From: Callorhinchus milii
Lineage: Eukaryota
DNA: 64,000 nucleotides
NCBI RefSeq assembly: GCF_018977255.1
Contig: NW_024704743.1
Location: forward strand, 36,644,001-36,708,000
Reading direction: 5' to 3'
The notes beneath the pieces were generated by a model that saw nothing but the letters and a program-made list of their open reading frames with translations, was not told where the DNA came from and did no database searches. The first letter of the stretch is position 1. Every line of letters starts with the position of its first letter. The translations under genes and the position numbers were made by a program. Positions 51,562 through 64,000 of the stretch are shown piece after piece.

Positions 51562-51656
51562 GTCAGACTGCTTCAGACGAATTTATCAGAACGGTCTTCT
51601 CAGCATGGGAGGCTATTACCCAACATCCAGCACTTCTAAATGCTCATCATTCTACA
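51562..51656 (+). CDS. ULK4: ULK4 internal coding exon (95 nt, phase 1-0)
   Basis: attag|GT CAG...ACA|gtaagt; QTASDEFIRTVFSAWEAITQHPALLNAHHST vs human LTASEEFIKITLSAFEAIIQYPILLKDYRST. Confidence 0.93.
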
Positions 51657-51958
51657 GTAAGTAAAAACAAGTGTGTGTAAATACTGTATTTGTATTGTAG
51701 GCTGTATCCTGAAGAATGATTCATATAAAGCATCCATATGGCACAATTCTCCCTTCCAAAGGACACTGCAGCTCCTGCTACCCCATACAGAGTACTTTCA
51801 GACAACATTACACAGACTTGGCCAAAAGCACTCTGATGGAATAAATCCAGCAGCTCCTCACAATTAATTGGTCAATTAGGTAACTGATGCTTGGCAGCTT
51901 GAATTCCAATTCTCAGTTCTGCATGATAGAACTGAAAATGCTCAGTCTTAAAAAATTA

Positions 51959-52335
51959 GGTGTCAGCCTGACCCAGTAGGTAGCACTGTCGCCTCTGAGT
52001 CAGAATGTTGAGGATTCACAGTCCAGGCTGACACACTAGTACCGTGGGTGCCCTGCATTGTCAGAGATGCCATCCTTCGGATAAAATGTTAAAGCAAGGT
52101 CCCGTATGCCTGTTCAGGTGGATGTTAAAGATACCAAGGCACTTTTCAAAAAGAGAAGGGAGTTTCTTCCAGCCAAAAATCCCTTAAATAAAATTGGTCA
52201 TTCACTTCATTACTGATTGTGGGACATTGCCGTGTTTGCCTACGAAACATGCAGTCACTAAATTTTACACTAAGTCATGTGAAATGCAATGGGACAACCT
52301 CCCAATGTGAAAAGCTTTATATTAAATGCAAAAAA
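51959..52335 (+). mobile_element. Old DeuSINE-type (SacSINE1-like) SINE
   Basis: ggtgtcagcctgacccagtaggtagcactgtcgcctctgagtcagaa head; gcctgttcaggtggatgttaaagat; tail. Confidence 0.75.
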
Positions 52336-52683
52336 GATATATTATCTAAATCATTTTTATATGAATACAGCACAAGCTTTATTACTCCTAAAATCAGTAG
52401 TAATAGTCATTCTCCTTATTGAAAATAAACAAATTATGTTTACCTCATATTGTGTGAAAACATTCAGAATATTGCACAAAACTAATCTAAGATGAGCTTC
52501 TTCACCTCATTATTGAGAGCCTGATAAAAAAAAGTACTGATCTAAGGCAATACATTTTTTGAGCAGGGATTGTTGACAGAATGAGTTACTGAGCCAAGTA
52601 GTGTAATAGAGCTAAACCAACAACTGTACAGATAATTTTATGACCTTGTGAATCCTGTAGCATATTGGTTAGAGCACCAATAC

Positions 52684-53150
52684 GAGGGTGAGGATCTTGA
52701 AGTCGATCCTCTCTGGGACAGACAGCCAGTGCAGTCTGGCAAGGACTGGGATAATCGGAGAGCAGAGTTTGGTGCGGGTAAGAGTGCGGGCAGCAGAGTT
52801 TTGTATGACCTGGATTTTAGTGGATAGGAGACCGGCGAGGAGGGCATTTGAATAGTCCAGCCGAGAGATGACAAAGGCATAGACCAGGGTTTCAGCGGCT
52901 TTTGGAGTGAGGTATTGGCGGAGACGGGTGATGCATCAGATGTGGAAGAAAGCAGTGCTGGTGAGGCAGCGGATGTGGGGGAGGAAGGATAATTGGGGGT
53001 CGAACCTAACGCCTAGGTTGCGTATGGGTTCGGAGAGTTTTAGGGGGAAGTCGGGTAGGTGGAGGAGGTGACAACCATGTGATTTTAGACGTTGACGAGA
53101 GTCAAAGAGTATGGCTTCCGTCTTGTCAATGTTCAGCTGAAGGAAATTTG
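52684..53150 (-). mobile_element. L2-like LINE fragment
   Basis: Reverse strand aatttccttcagctgaacattgacaagacggaagcc, gcctttgtcatctctcggctggactattc, gcactggctg. Confidence 0.85.
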
Positions 53151-53274
53151 CTCTGTATCAAATGCAAATTTGATAATAATAATAAGTACCATTTACAATT
53201 CAATATAGTTTTCGAATAGGAAGAGGATTGGGTTTGAACGTGGAGCATTACGCCCTGCCAAGAATCAAAGTTCT

Positions 53275-53625
53275 CGCAAGCGAGAAACCTGGGTTTGATT
53301 CCCAGCAGCGCGTAACGTTAGGCAACAACAAAATTCCATTTATATAGCACCTTTCACATAGGCAAGTTTCTTTACTCTACATGCCTCTGTTTACCTAGCA
53401 ATAAGTAGGAACCCGGTTGTTAGTCGATTGGCAGATCACTCTTCCGGGTGTAATAATTCCTTAAAAAAATAATAATAATTTGGTCACTCAATCCAGGGCT
53501 GTTTATGGGACACTGCTGTGCGCAATTGGCTGGCGCGTTTCACCCATCAGAAAAAAATATATACAGTCAATTCACTTTACAGTATGTTCTGTGAAGTATT
53601 TTGAGACGTCTCAAAGTCATGATAA
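53275..53625 (+). mobile_element. tRNA-derived SINE, long subfamily, with a small inverted L2-tail insert (~53323-53360)
   Basis: gcaagcgagaaacctgggtttgattccc head; caacaacaaaattccatttatatagcacctttcaca interrupts the body. Confidence 0.8.
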
Positions 53626-56600
53626 GTCTTTATTGTTGATAATTAGGTTCTATAGATTTTCAAACAATGTTATATTTCCATATAAGGGGCAGGAGAGTCT
53701 AGCGAAAATAATTTGACTTGATACCAGTTAGATATTGCTACGTATTTGTCAATGTAATACTGTCTATTACTGGACCAAGCATCTGATCAGCTCTGTGGAA
53801 AATCGAAAGCAACTACCAGTAATAAGATGCCCCTCACCTGCACATTTCATACAAAGATGTTCTAAAGGTGAGGAATCCGCTCAAGAGGTAGAATATAATT
53901 TTATAATGATTTTTGTTCTTTTTTGTACTAGGAAGAGAGAATGTTGAACAAAAGTGTTTCTTCCGTTTTAAGAAACCTGGGGTATCAAAATCCATTGAAG
54001 GAATTATATTTTCATTATCCTAGAATAGAATTGAATGCAGTTAAGCGTACTGAATGTTTGTGACCATATAATAGCTTGTCAGCAGCAGGTTGAACCTTAA
54101 ATGAAATTTTGCTTATTGGCATCGGGCACATTGGTAAATCAATTTTTGCTTCACTGCACACACAATACACTAGAGTCTAATATGCGACAATTTCTAACAA
54201 AGAATCCAAGTGGGGACATCTTCCTGTTATCACAATGACCCACGGAAACTCTGCTTCCAAAGTAGCTTGCATCGGAAGGGAGTTCCCATGATTCGTTGTG
54301 TCCGACTTTTGGTTTCAGTCAATTTCACTCAATTTTATTTATTTTTATTTCCCTTCCTTGGTTTTCCATGCAAATGGCATTTGATGTTGCAAAAAGAAAA
54401 TGTGTCTTTATCTTTGTCTGCGGTCCGTATCTTCAAACTGTGGGCAAAATGTGTCCTGATAAGATCAGACGCAGAGATGTAGATGGCAAAGGAAGTGGTT
54501 CATTTAGTTTTATGTATATTTTGGCTTGGGACAAATCCAATATGCCTAGCCTGAATTTTCATTAAAATGAAATGGAACTAGGTAGTTAATTGATATTATG
54601 TACTGGCTTTTTATCCTTTTTTCAATCAATCCAGGCAGACAGAGTCTGACCAGCCTAAGGGTCCAGGTGAAAAGTGTTTGAGCAGTCTCAACCCCATTCC
54701 TGGTGCTTACAGCACAAAGCTGTCTATAATTTTGCAAAAATTGGTCATGTATATTCAGAGGTTAATTAAATTAATTAATTTAATTAATTAGTTAAGTGCT
54801 GTGAAAATGGAAAAAATGTGTTTGTTTGGTAGAGTATGCTGTTCAAAGCTAGGGGTTAAGGCCCCTTATTGAGAGTGTGTAGAAGAGCTTTATCTTTTCT
54901 GACTATGCTGTAACTAAACTTGGAATGGTTAATGTTCACATTGGGTAACTAAAGTAAAAAATGCGTGCCATTTCCTGGTACTAAAATCCCTCACATTGAT
55001 GAGCACAAAAAATAAAATATATATGAATCACATATACAAATATAATCATATACTGAAAAATATGTATATATTTAACTCAGGTCCATAAGAAATGCAGTAA
55101 GGTTAGTTGACCCCTCAATAATACAACTTGGATTTTTGTAGCACCCTCCACCAGGGTAGTGTCTCAGAGCACTTAATAATAATAATAATAATAATAATGA
55201 CAACAATAATAATAATACTTTTTGGTTACCAGTTGGTTTAGCATTTCTATCACGACAGAAGGATGTTTCAAAGCGCTTTACAGGATTTACTGTGAAATGG
55301 AGTGACTGTGTATTTGTGGACAAATGTGGCAGCCAAGCCGGCACCTAACAATGCACAGTATCATGTAGAATTGGGATTGTAGAGGAATCTCACTAATTTA
55401 TTCAGTTTATTTTTCTGATATGTGTAACCCAGGTCAAAATTCTAAGAACAAAAAGTTCTGTAAATTTTCTCAGATACCTGAAGATAATGAGTAAAACCTG
55501 AGAATATCAGTCCCATGTTCCTTTCCACATTATTCAAGCCTGACTGCATTTGCCTTTGTAGCTGGTGCAGCAATGTGAGAGGTAACAGCTTAGCAAATGC
55601 ATTCATTTCTCACATTTTGCCGGGTCTACGATCGGATTGGTTTTGCAGGATCTGTGGAAGGAGCTGAATGGGACGGAATGATCTTTCCTTATGCCTTGAT
55701 TTCTTTTGTGCTTCTCTCACAGGTATACTGTATCACAGCTATCCTCTCTGTTGCATCATATTTTCAATATTTTGTTCATTCACTTTTGCTGTCACGATTC
55801 TACGTTTGTATAAGACCAAATCCTCTATAAGTTATATTTCCACCACTCTTCCATCACTGTTCTTTACCCAGCTGATAGCAGGATTATGGGGAAGATTGAT
55901 GAAGTGGTCAATTGTTCTGCTCCTCCTCCCTCCCACAACTTGACAGATGCTCTACCTTTGAGGAACATCTTACCTTATGCGAAATGTCAGAATTAATCTT
56001 TACTGAAACTAACAGGACTAGGCCTGAACACTTGAAGCATTGTGAGCAACTTAATGGTTATTCTCAGAGAGGTCTCACCCGCTACAATGCATTGTCACGT
56101 GATGTAAATCCTCACAGAACAAGTCTGAATCAGACTAGTTAGAATAAATGCAATTAAAGTGTGTTTGCTTTAATGAGAGTGTGAGTCAGCATACTTCATT
56201 TATCAAGCACCTAAAAATGTGTGAATTACAAAGTGCAAAAGAAAACACAATTAAGTCTTTAACGTACATCAGCTTTGGACAATTTGTAACATGTTCATGG
56301 TACTTGATGTATTCCAATACAGTAGTCGCCACATTTCCCTACGTAACATCAAGATTAAATACAAGTTCATTATTTACAATAAAAAATTGATTGGAAATGA
56401 AGTGAATGTTGTTATACACGCAAACACGGCAGCTAATCTGTACCAGCATGACCTACATAAAGCATGATAATTACATGACACCTTCAAGCCTACAATTTGC
56501 CCAAGATTTTCCTCAACAGAAAAGTGGAGTTTGTGTGAATTCCTGTACCTTCCATGGATCATTTTAATTTGGTCTTTTTGCACTCTGGTGCCCATTTTCC

Positions 56601-57149
56601 ATTCTTCATCTGTCAAAGTCTTTATTCTCAGGCTCTTTTCCATCTTTGTGTACCAAGGATGTGAATTGGTAGATGATAATAATAATAATCCTTGCATTCT
56701 TGCATTAGATATCTGTTAGCAGGGGTTCCAGGCTTGTGAAGGCAGAGTTGTAACGCATTGGACTTAGTGAGGCATTGTTGGACTTTAAAGGTCGTGCCTG
56801 ATTTAGAGGTGATAAACAGGTCACCTGTTTGAGGTCGGTTTTTTCAGCTCGATTTTGAGAGTTTACAGCACTTATAGAGAAGCTAGCCATTTGTGGTACC
56901 ACAATCCTCTTCTGTTGATTCTGTTTTGAGCGCTAAATGTAGTTAAAACTGTTTTCACTTTAATGTTGAGCAGTTTGAGAGTAATTTGTTCCATGAAACA
57001 CTAGGATAATATGTGGGTTCAAGTCTTACATTATTCATGTAGTCCAAATCCCTGACTGTCTAGCACCTTGGGCCATCCTCCCAACGTGAAAGGCACTATA
57101 TAAACATAATTTTGTACTGTAATGTATTTTGTAGTCCAAAACGACATTT

Positions 57150-57580
57150 CAATGCAGTGTTGGAGATGTGCTGCATTTTCATGTCAAATGAGTCATTAAA
57201 CTGTGGCCCTGTCTACCTGTTCAGGTGAATGTTAAAGATCCCATTGCATTTTGGAAAGAGAAGGGAGTTTCTCCTGGTGTCCTGGCCAATAATCCCCAAA
57301 ATAAAATTAGTCATTCACTTCATGACAGATTGTGGGACATCGTTGTGTGATAATTCGCTGCTGTGTTTGCCTACAATATGTAGAGTCACTAAATTTTACA
57401 GTAAACCCTGTGAAGTGCATTGGGACAACCCTCATTCACTTCATGGCTGTATGTAGAACATTGATTTGAGCAATTAGCTACCATGTTCGTCCACAAAATA
57501 CACAGTCACTCCACTTTAAAGTGTATCTTATAACGTTCTCCTGACATGAAAGGTGCTGTACTAAATGTAAATATTATATA
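57150..57580 (+). mobile_element. Old DeuSINE-type SINE with duplicated 3' half
   Basis: cctgttcaggtgaatgttaaagatcccattgca; tcattcacttcatg...tail appears twice (~57311, ~57432). Confidence 0.65.
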
Positions 57581-57925
57581 CAGCACAGAAGAAGGCCATT
57601 TGACCCATCATGCCAGTGCTGGCTCTTTGAAAGAGCAATCCATTCAGTTCCATTTGCCTGCCTTTTTCCGTACCCCTGCAAATTACTTCCTTTTAGAGAT
57701 CTAGGTAGTTTCCCTCATGAAAGCATATATGATTTCTGTCTCAACCACTGTACACGGCATGGCATTCCACATCCTAATAACTCTCTGAGTAGGAAAATTC
57801 CTCCTAATCTCTCCCTTTGCTCCCTTGTTAATTATCTTCAATTGATGCCCTCTAGTCACTGACTCATCAACCAATAGAAATAATTTTTCCCTATCTACTC
57901 CATTAAAACCCTTCATAATTTTTTT
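57575..57925 (-). mobile_element. CR1 LINE 3' end
   Basis: KIMKGFNGVDREKLFLLVDESVTRGHQLKI...RRNFPTQRVIRMWNAMP, typical CR1 ORF2 C-terminus. Confidence 0.9.
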
Positions 57926-60524
57926 AAAAAAAAACACAGGTCTTGAAGCGCTTTTAAGAACAGATTTGCAATAAACAATAAATAATGTAACAGAAATAAA
58001 ATGAGCTCCTATCACATTAATTGCCTAGCAATACGAGTTAACACTTTGAAGTTTTTACTTTGTTCACCTCTTAAGATGTTCGAAGTCTAGAGCTTTTTGG
58101 ATGCAAATATTGTTCTGGTGACTAAGACTGCTATTATGAAATGAGGCTGATGTTTCTTTTCATAAATGCTCAGCATTTCAATTTACTTGAACTCAGTAGT
58201 GACAGTGGATGCAAACTTTACTTATTGTAAGTAAGAATATTTGTCTTTTATTATGTTTACTTTACTGATATATCAATTGAAAGATAATACATTAAATGAA
58301 ATTTAAAATGTCACGTTTGTCAAAAAGCGTTTGATATTTTTACACAAAATAATTTGTGATTAAGACAACAACTACAACAACTTGCACTTGTATAGCGCCC
58401 TCCATGCAGGGTAGGATCTCAGACCATTTAACAGTGGCGGAGCCTGACTCTGAGCCAGCGGGAGATGGCTGTAAGCACTTCCTCCCAAAACATAACCAGA
58501 AGGTCTGTGGCTCTGTCAGCAGAAACATATGATTATTAGAAGCTCTTATTTCCAAATTAGTTCTCATCCCTGTGTCACTTCCCCGGAGTAGCTTTATAAC
58601 GTTCTTTCCCCTTTTCATTTATTTCTCATCAATCTTTTTGAGTCCACATGTGCTGAGGATAATGCTGCTTCTGTTCAGCACCTCCCCCTGACAACACAGC
58701 ACCAATCAAGAATCAATGGGCTGAATCCAGGGCCTACCACTGTCTAGTACATCAATTTGGGACATGAGCAAGATTAATATTTATCAGATTTCAGAGATCC
58801 CTGGGCAATATTATATTATATGATGTGTTTGGCAGTGATATGATGTGTTTGGCAGTAGAAAATAATACATAATGTATTTATAATGTGTATTATTTATAAT
58901 AATATACTAAAACACAATAAAGCATTTGACATACACCATATCCAAAGATGACTAGAATGTGGTCCTTCACATAAATGTAACCTTTGGAAGCTGTTCTGAA
59001 CCTTATTATTATCTTACCCAAAAAGCGAATAATATCACCCTTATTATTCTTTAGGTGTCAACAAATACTTTTGAGCCTTTTTAAATTGTAAAATTGTAAA
59101 ATTCAACATATATTAAAGAATAAGAAATAATAATGTTTGTTATCACACCCTAGGGCTAAAGGAAAGCAAGATTTTGCATCTTAATTCTTGAGTATTTTTG
59201 AGATCTTAGAGTGTAAAGATAAAAATCGCATGACAATAGACATATTTAATAAGCGTTTCAAAATCTAAATTTTAGGGCCTTATTAATGTACACTTCATGA
59301 AACTGCTCAGTTGTAGTCATTTAAATATTATGTAGTGAAAACCATTTTAAAAATAGACTAAAAACAGTTTCAAAGGTTGTACTTCAGCAAATTAAAATTT
59401 ATACATGTTAATATGTACTCAATTAAAATATCCAGCCCTAGGGTGTTCATTTAGGTCGTCTCCCAGTGGGTTAGAAAATGCATGGCTTTTTGGCTTGCTG
59501 CCAAAATAATGATCTCTTAAAGCAACCCTTTGACCTCCTGAGAATTCCCCTCATTTGGAGGAAAGATAGCTACTGGAACATAATAAAAAAAACAGTTTTT
59601 GCATAAGAATCAACAGACAATTGAAATTGTTTATGGTAATTTAGACTGTAAAGTTGTTTGTGCTCTCACTAGCCAAAATACCTCTGGCTTTTAGCTAAAG
59701 CTGTATTTACAAAGGACACAAGGCTGCATAGGAGTAATTGCAATCTCCTCATTTCTAACCATATAAGTAACTGCAGATAGATGGATAGGTGTAGTTAAAC
59801 CCTAAGAGGAATATTATGCATCTTTTTAGGCTACATAACACACTCAGACAACGATTGTTCTGTTATTTTTTTCCTTTTAATCCTTCTCTTTATACCTTCC
59901 TTTTCGTGCCCGGCTCCCTAGTTGAGAGGGCAGGCAGTTGACCTGCTTCTAAGCCTCTGCTAATGGCGCTCTTGAACTGGGCCCACTAGGAGGTGCATGA
60001 CCCAAAATGACTTGTTATCTTCTTTCTTCTGAACAAACACCCTCTGCTTGGGCCCGATTCTGATAGCACACCCGACGATGGCACACTTTTTAATAACGTC
60101 AATGTGTCAATTTGCACAGCCTGGTATTCCTCAAAATCCCTTTATAAAGCTTACAAAGAGCCACAATAAGCTCTTACTATTTTCAATAACTCTTACTAAC
60201 TCTTAAAATACTAAATCTAAATAACTCACTATTTTAACACCTGACGTTAATCAGTCACATACCAAATATTCTTGCATTACTTCAATGTGAATACAGTTTG
60301 AATTTACATTGAAGCAATTGGTATACCACCCTACTGAATATTGTGTCAGTGTGCGTGCACTTTTTAATTCTCTTCAATCATGCAACTCGTCAGAAGTACA
60401 ATGTCCTAAACAAATCTTTGGTTTAAAATTTACGATTGTGCTGAAGTTTGGAAAATTCTTATATTCAGTCTCAGCAAGCTGACATTTAGAATCCTTTTTA
60501 GATAATAATATCCACAGGATTATT

Positions 60525-60860
60525 ATTAATAATGATGATAATCCTTACATTTGATATAGGGCCTTTCATATCGAGAGCATACCCAAAAGTGCTTTGCAGG
60601 ATATACTGTAAAGTGGAGTGACTGTGTTTTGTGGGCGAATGAGGCAGCCAATTTGTGTAAAATTGTCCTACGAACAGCCATGCACAAATTACCAATTTTA
60701 CTTGGGGGGTTGTTGGCCAGTACACTAGGAGAAACTCCCTTCTCTTAATGCCATGGGATCTTTATCATCCACCTGAATAAGCAGACGGGGGCTCAGAATA
60801 ACGTCTCCTCCAAAGAACAGATCCTCCCACTCCAACATTGCATTAGAGTCACTTAGACTA
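60525..60860 (-). mobile_element. Old DeuSINE-type SINE
   Basis: aatgccatgggatctttatcatccacctgaa; ggcagccaatttgtg; (att)n tail. Confidence 0.65.
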
Positions 60861-60899
60861 TGTTCGTATTGAGCCTGACATGGGGTCTGGTTATTACAA

Positions 60900-61735
60900 A
60901 GTTAAATCAGGATCAGTCGGTTGCATCACTCCAGAAGGGGGCGAAACTACAAAAGAACGATCCCAAATCTTTCTTCCTCCGGCTGAAGACTATTGTTGGT
61001 GATGGTCAGAGGGGCCTCTCTGGACTGGTGTTAGTGTTGGACAGGTCTAGTATTATACAACAGACCATGAGGGTATTCATGGAGGGAGGGAGCATTATGT
61101 GGAGTTGGCATCTGACCCAACAAGCCATAGCATGGAGAATAGAAGAGCTGGCAGGAGCTGTGAGGCAGATTGAAGACCTTAACAACCCAATCTGTCGGGA
61201 GAAGTTGGACTTGATTGCACTGTGTGAAATAGCCCAATTAGCTATTTTTTCTGGGTTTCCTGAAAGACTGGCAATTTAGTGCCCTCATTTGTGCAATCAA
61301 TTGTGAATTGTGGGCCGTTGCTACTGAGAATTTAGTACAAATTTACTTAATTTAAGACTTGCAGCACTCCGGACAGTGATTCTCTCATTCAACTGTTAAC
61401 CCTGCAAGCCATGGCCCTAACACATAGGGATCCTAGCTAGACAAGCAGCCGGTAGTTTAACATAGGGTGCTCTCAATATGGTTTTAGTTGGTTAGACTTC
61501 AGCAGTTCCCCAATGCACACTCTGGGGTCCCCATGTCTTTGCTGTTGCCAACCTGAACCTAATACTTTCCGGAATTAGGTAAGCAGGATGCGTCCCTCCT
61601 GGGAGAGAGTGCGCATTCGGTTCCAGTAAATATTCCTGGAATTTCCATGTTTAGGTGGAATGTATGGAACTCTATTTGACTTGGATGCTCTTAAGTTGAT
61701 GGGTTTCCACATGTCAGACACCCGGCTAACCAAGT
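60900..61735 (+). mobile_element. Variant of the unclassified LINE 3' region with longer upstream body (5' limit uncertain)
   Basis: 61210-61730 collinear with 44595-45220; ends gtgtcagacacccggct. Confidence 0.7.
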
Positions 61736-62452
61736 GGTACCAACTGAACCAGCCTGACACACCAAAATGCCCAAAAGAGGTGATACTAAGATGTTCACAC
61801 TTTCAACTCATCACTTTGATGAGTTGAAAATGTGGGGTGGGGAAGTCATCCCAAGCAGATTTAAACTATTTAAAATTGTTGTCCTAACATTACTTGTCAA
61901 GGTGGTCAATAAGTGCGAAGATTGATTTTGGTTAGTAAAATCCTGTTTGAGAAATTAAGCAACTACTTTTGTGATAATAGAGCATGATCATTTATGCTCA
62001 AAAAATAAAGCCTTACCTCGACACTAAGCCATATGAAAATTTCCAGGATTAATCCTATTATACTTTTTTTGCCCACAAAAATATACAGTAAATCCATGAG
62101 ACGTCTTAACGACATGATAAGGCGCTATATCAACTGTTAGGATTGTTATTATTATTACACTGAGTTAGTTCATCTCTGCCCGGAGGCCAAACAATAGTAG
62201 CGCATAATAATCTCATGAACAACAGCAACAAATTACATTTGTATAGCGCCTTTCACATCAGGAGGATGTCACAAAGCGCTTTATGCTTGAGAGAGGAAAA
62301 TCAGCCAATCCTGATTCCTATCCAACCACCTCTGTGATGCAACATAGATCCTTGCATTTGATATGACATCGCTAAACTCAAAAGGTCTCAAAGCGTTTTA
62401 ATTACTGTCAAGTCTAGTGACTATTTTTGTTGACAAACACACAGCAATTCCT

Positions 62453-62742
62453 GGAGTCCTGTAGCTAGGTGGTTAGAGCACTTGCTTGGCAAGCGAGAGA
62501 GCTGGGTTCGATTCCCAGCAGGGCAAAACCTTGGGCAACTTTGCTTACTCCACACGCCTGATAATAATCCCTCAAGAAAATAAAACAATAATAAATTGGT
62601 CACTCAATCCACAACTGTTTGTGGGACACTGCTGTGCGCAATTGGTTGCCGCATTTCGCCCTCAAATATACAGTCAATTCACCTTACAAAGACATCTGGA
62701 AGGCGTGAAAAGCGCTATATCAAATGCAAGGATTATTATTAT
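62453..62742 (+). mobile_element. tRNA-derived SINE, short/intermediate subfamily
   Basis: ggagtcctgtagctaggtggttagagc, ggttcgattcc, (att)n tail. Confidence 0.9.
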
Positions 62743-63289
62743 TTATAATTCAATTAATCTGGAGGATTGTTGATCCAGGCTTCAGGAGAATTCCCTCTTT
62801 TTGAATAGAATTATATCTTAAACAAATGCACCTTGGATTAATGTCTCATCTGATGGATGACTGTCCAACATTCCAGTGCTCCCAACAAGAGAGTTGAGCC
62901 CACAATCTTCTCACTCAGAAGTGAGATTGCCATACATTGAACCAAGCTGACACAAGGGCATCTTTCGTATTGAAACCTTTTTAGTACAGTCATTCAACCA
63001 AAATAGTATTGGCTTAAGCATAGTTTTTTTTATTTAATTTGCAATTAATATTTGATATATATCACACATAGTACAATATCTTATTATGGCAGTAAGTGCT
63101 TCATTCACAGCCTAGGGATCACGTATTGAAGTTCCAGTCCCTCATATCTCTGTCAGAGTTGCGCTAGGTTTGCTTTGTTCTCAGTCTTGGTGCTAAGTGA
63201 AGTGTGTTAAATTAGTGGTTTGTTGGAGCCATAATGGATGAAGGTCTGGGTTGCCAAATTCCAGATATAAATAGAAATGAGATTAGCAA

Positions 63290-63455
63290 GCCTTCTTCCT
63301 CCACTCCTCACAAACATGCTCTGTTCTGATGAAGGGTCGTGGACCCGAAATGTTGACTCACTTTCTCCATAGATGATGCCTGACCTGCTGAGTTTTCCCA
63401 GCTCTCTCTGTTTTTGTTTCAGATTTCCAGCATCTGCAGTATTTTGTGTTTTGTT
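63290..63455 (+). mobile_element. Penelope-type terminal fragment with hammerhead-like core
   Basis: CTGATGA-a-gggtc-gtg-gaccc-GAAA-tgtt then ccatagatgatgcctgacctgctgag...tccagcatctgcagtattttg. Confidence 0.7.
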
Positions 63456-63544
63456 CATGCTCCAATGTTGGCTGGTGGAATCACTGTATATGGTTCATTT
63501 ATGTCATTAATTTTTTAAAGACACATCTGAAAAATGCAACTAAA

Positions 63545-63867
63545 ATAATAATAATAATAATCCTTGCATTTGATATAGCGCTTTTCACGTCGGGAGGACG
63601 TCCCAAAGCGCTTCACAGAACACACTGTAAAGTGAATTGACTGTATATTTGTGGGTGAACGCGGCAGCCAATTGCGCACAGCAATGTCCCACAAACAGTC
63701 GTAGATTGAAAATGACCAATTTATTATTGTTTTTGGTTTTGGAGGGATTATTATTAGGCTCTGTGTGGAGTAAGGAAACTTGCCCGAGGTTTCGCCCTCT
63801 GCCTGGAATTGAACTCAGGTCTCTCACTTGCAAAGCCAGTGCTCTAACCACTGAGCTGCAGGACTCC
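63545..63867 (-). mobile_element. Young tRNA-derived SINE, short subfamily, full length
   Basis: Near-identical to 27692-28020. Confidence 0.95.
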
Positions 63868-63871
63868 ACAA

Positions 63872-64000
63872 TGAGAGCGAGTGGGTGAGAAAGAGAGGAC
63901 GAGAGCGTGAGAGATGGTGTGCGTGTGTGTGTGTGTACGTGACAGGCTGCGTGTGAGAAATAGAGTGTGTGTGAGAGTGTGAGCGTGTGTGTGAGAGTGT
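63872..64000. repeat. (GA)n/(GT)n compound microsatellite
   Basis: gagaga and gtgtgt runs to the window end. Confidence 0.9.

Noticed and set aside
55903..55960. Candidate for the next ULK4 exon (VVNCSAPPP... vs human VVDYILPPL...)
   Set aside because: No in-frame AG acceptor or matching donor and poor similarity; I found no convincing next exon in 51657-64000.
58075..58235. Exon-like segment ending ttgtaagtaag
   Set aside because: No ULK4 similarity and in-frame stops; a donor-like motif alone is insufficient.
58818..58900. 20-bp tandem duplication and AT-rich palindromes
   Set aside because: Ordinary slippage and low complexity.

Overview
Vertebrate genomic DNA, most likely from a cartilaginous fish; the tRNA-headed Deu-type SINEs, L2/CR1 LINEs and Penelope-type tails resemble holocephalan/shark repeats (species is inference). 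The whole window lies inside one + strand gene, ULK4. Ten GT-AG internal exons (3836-51656; 108, 84, 162, 183, 128, 134, 122, 57, 52 and 95 nt) splice into an uninterrupted 375-codon frame for part of the C-terminal HEAT/ARM-repeat region; the kinase exons and 3' end are outside the window. The introns are rich in retroposons: young and old tRNA-derived SINEs, L2-like and CR1 fragments, and a degenerate non-CR1/L2 LINE whose long 3' region recurs about ten times. Most ORFs in the supplied track are repeat-derived or spurious. I see no clearly new biological system. The best leads are the unusual LINE family (including a permuted copy), a hammerhead-like core in a Penelope-type tail, a Kozak-ATG/splice-donor island in frame with the next ULK4 exon, and near-identical inverted SINEs flanking exons. 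Exon coordinates are exact; repeat boundaries are approximate.
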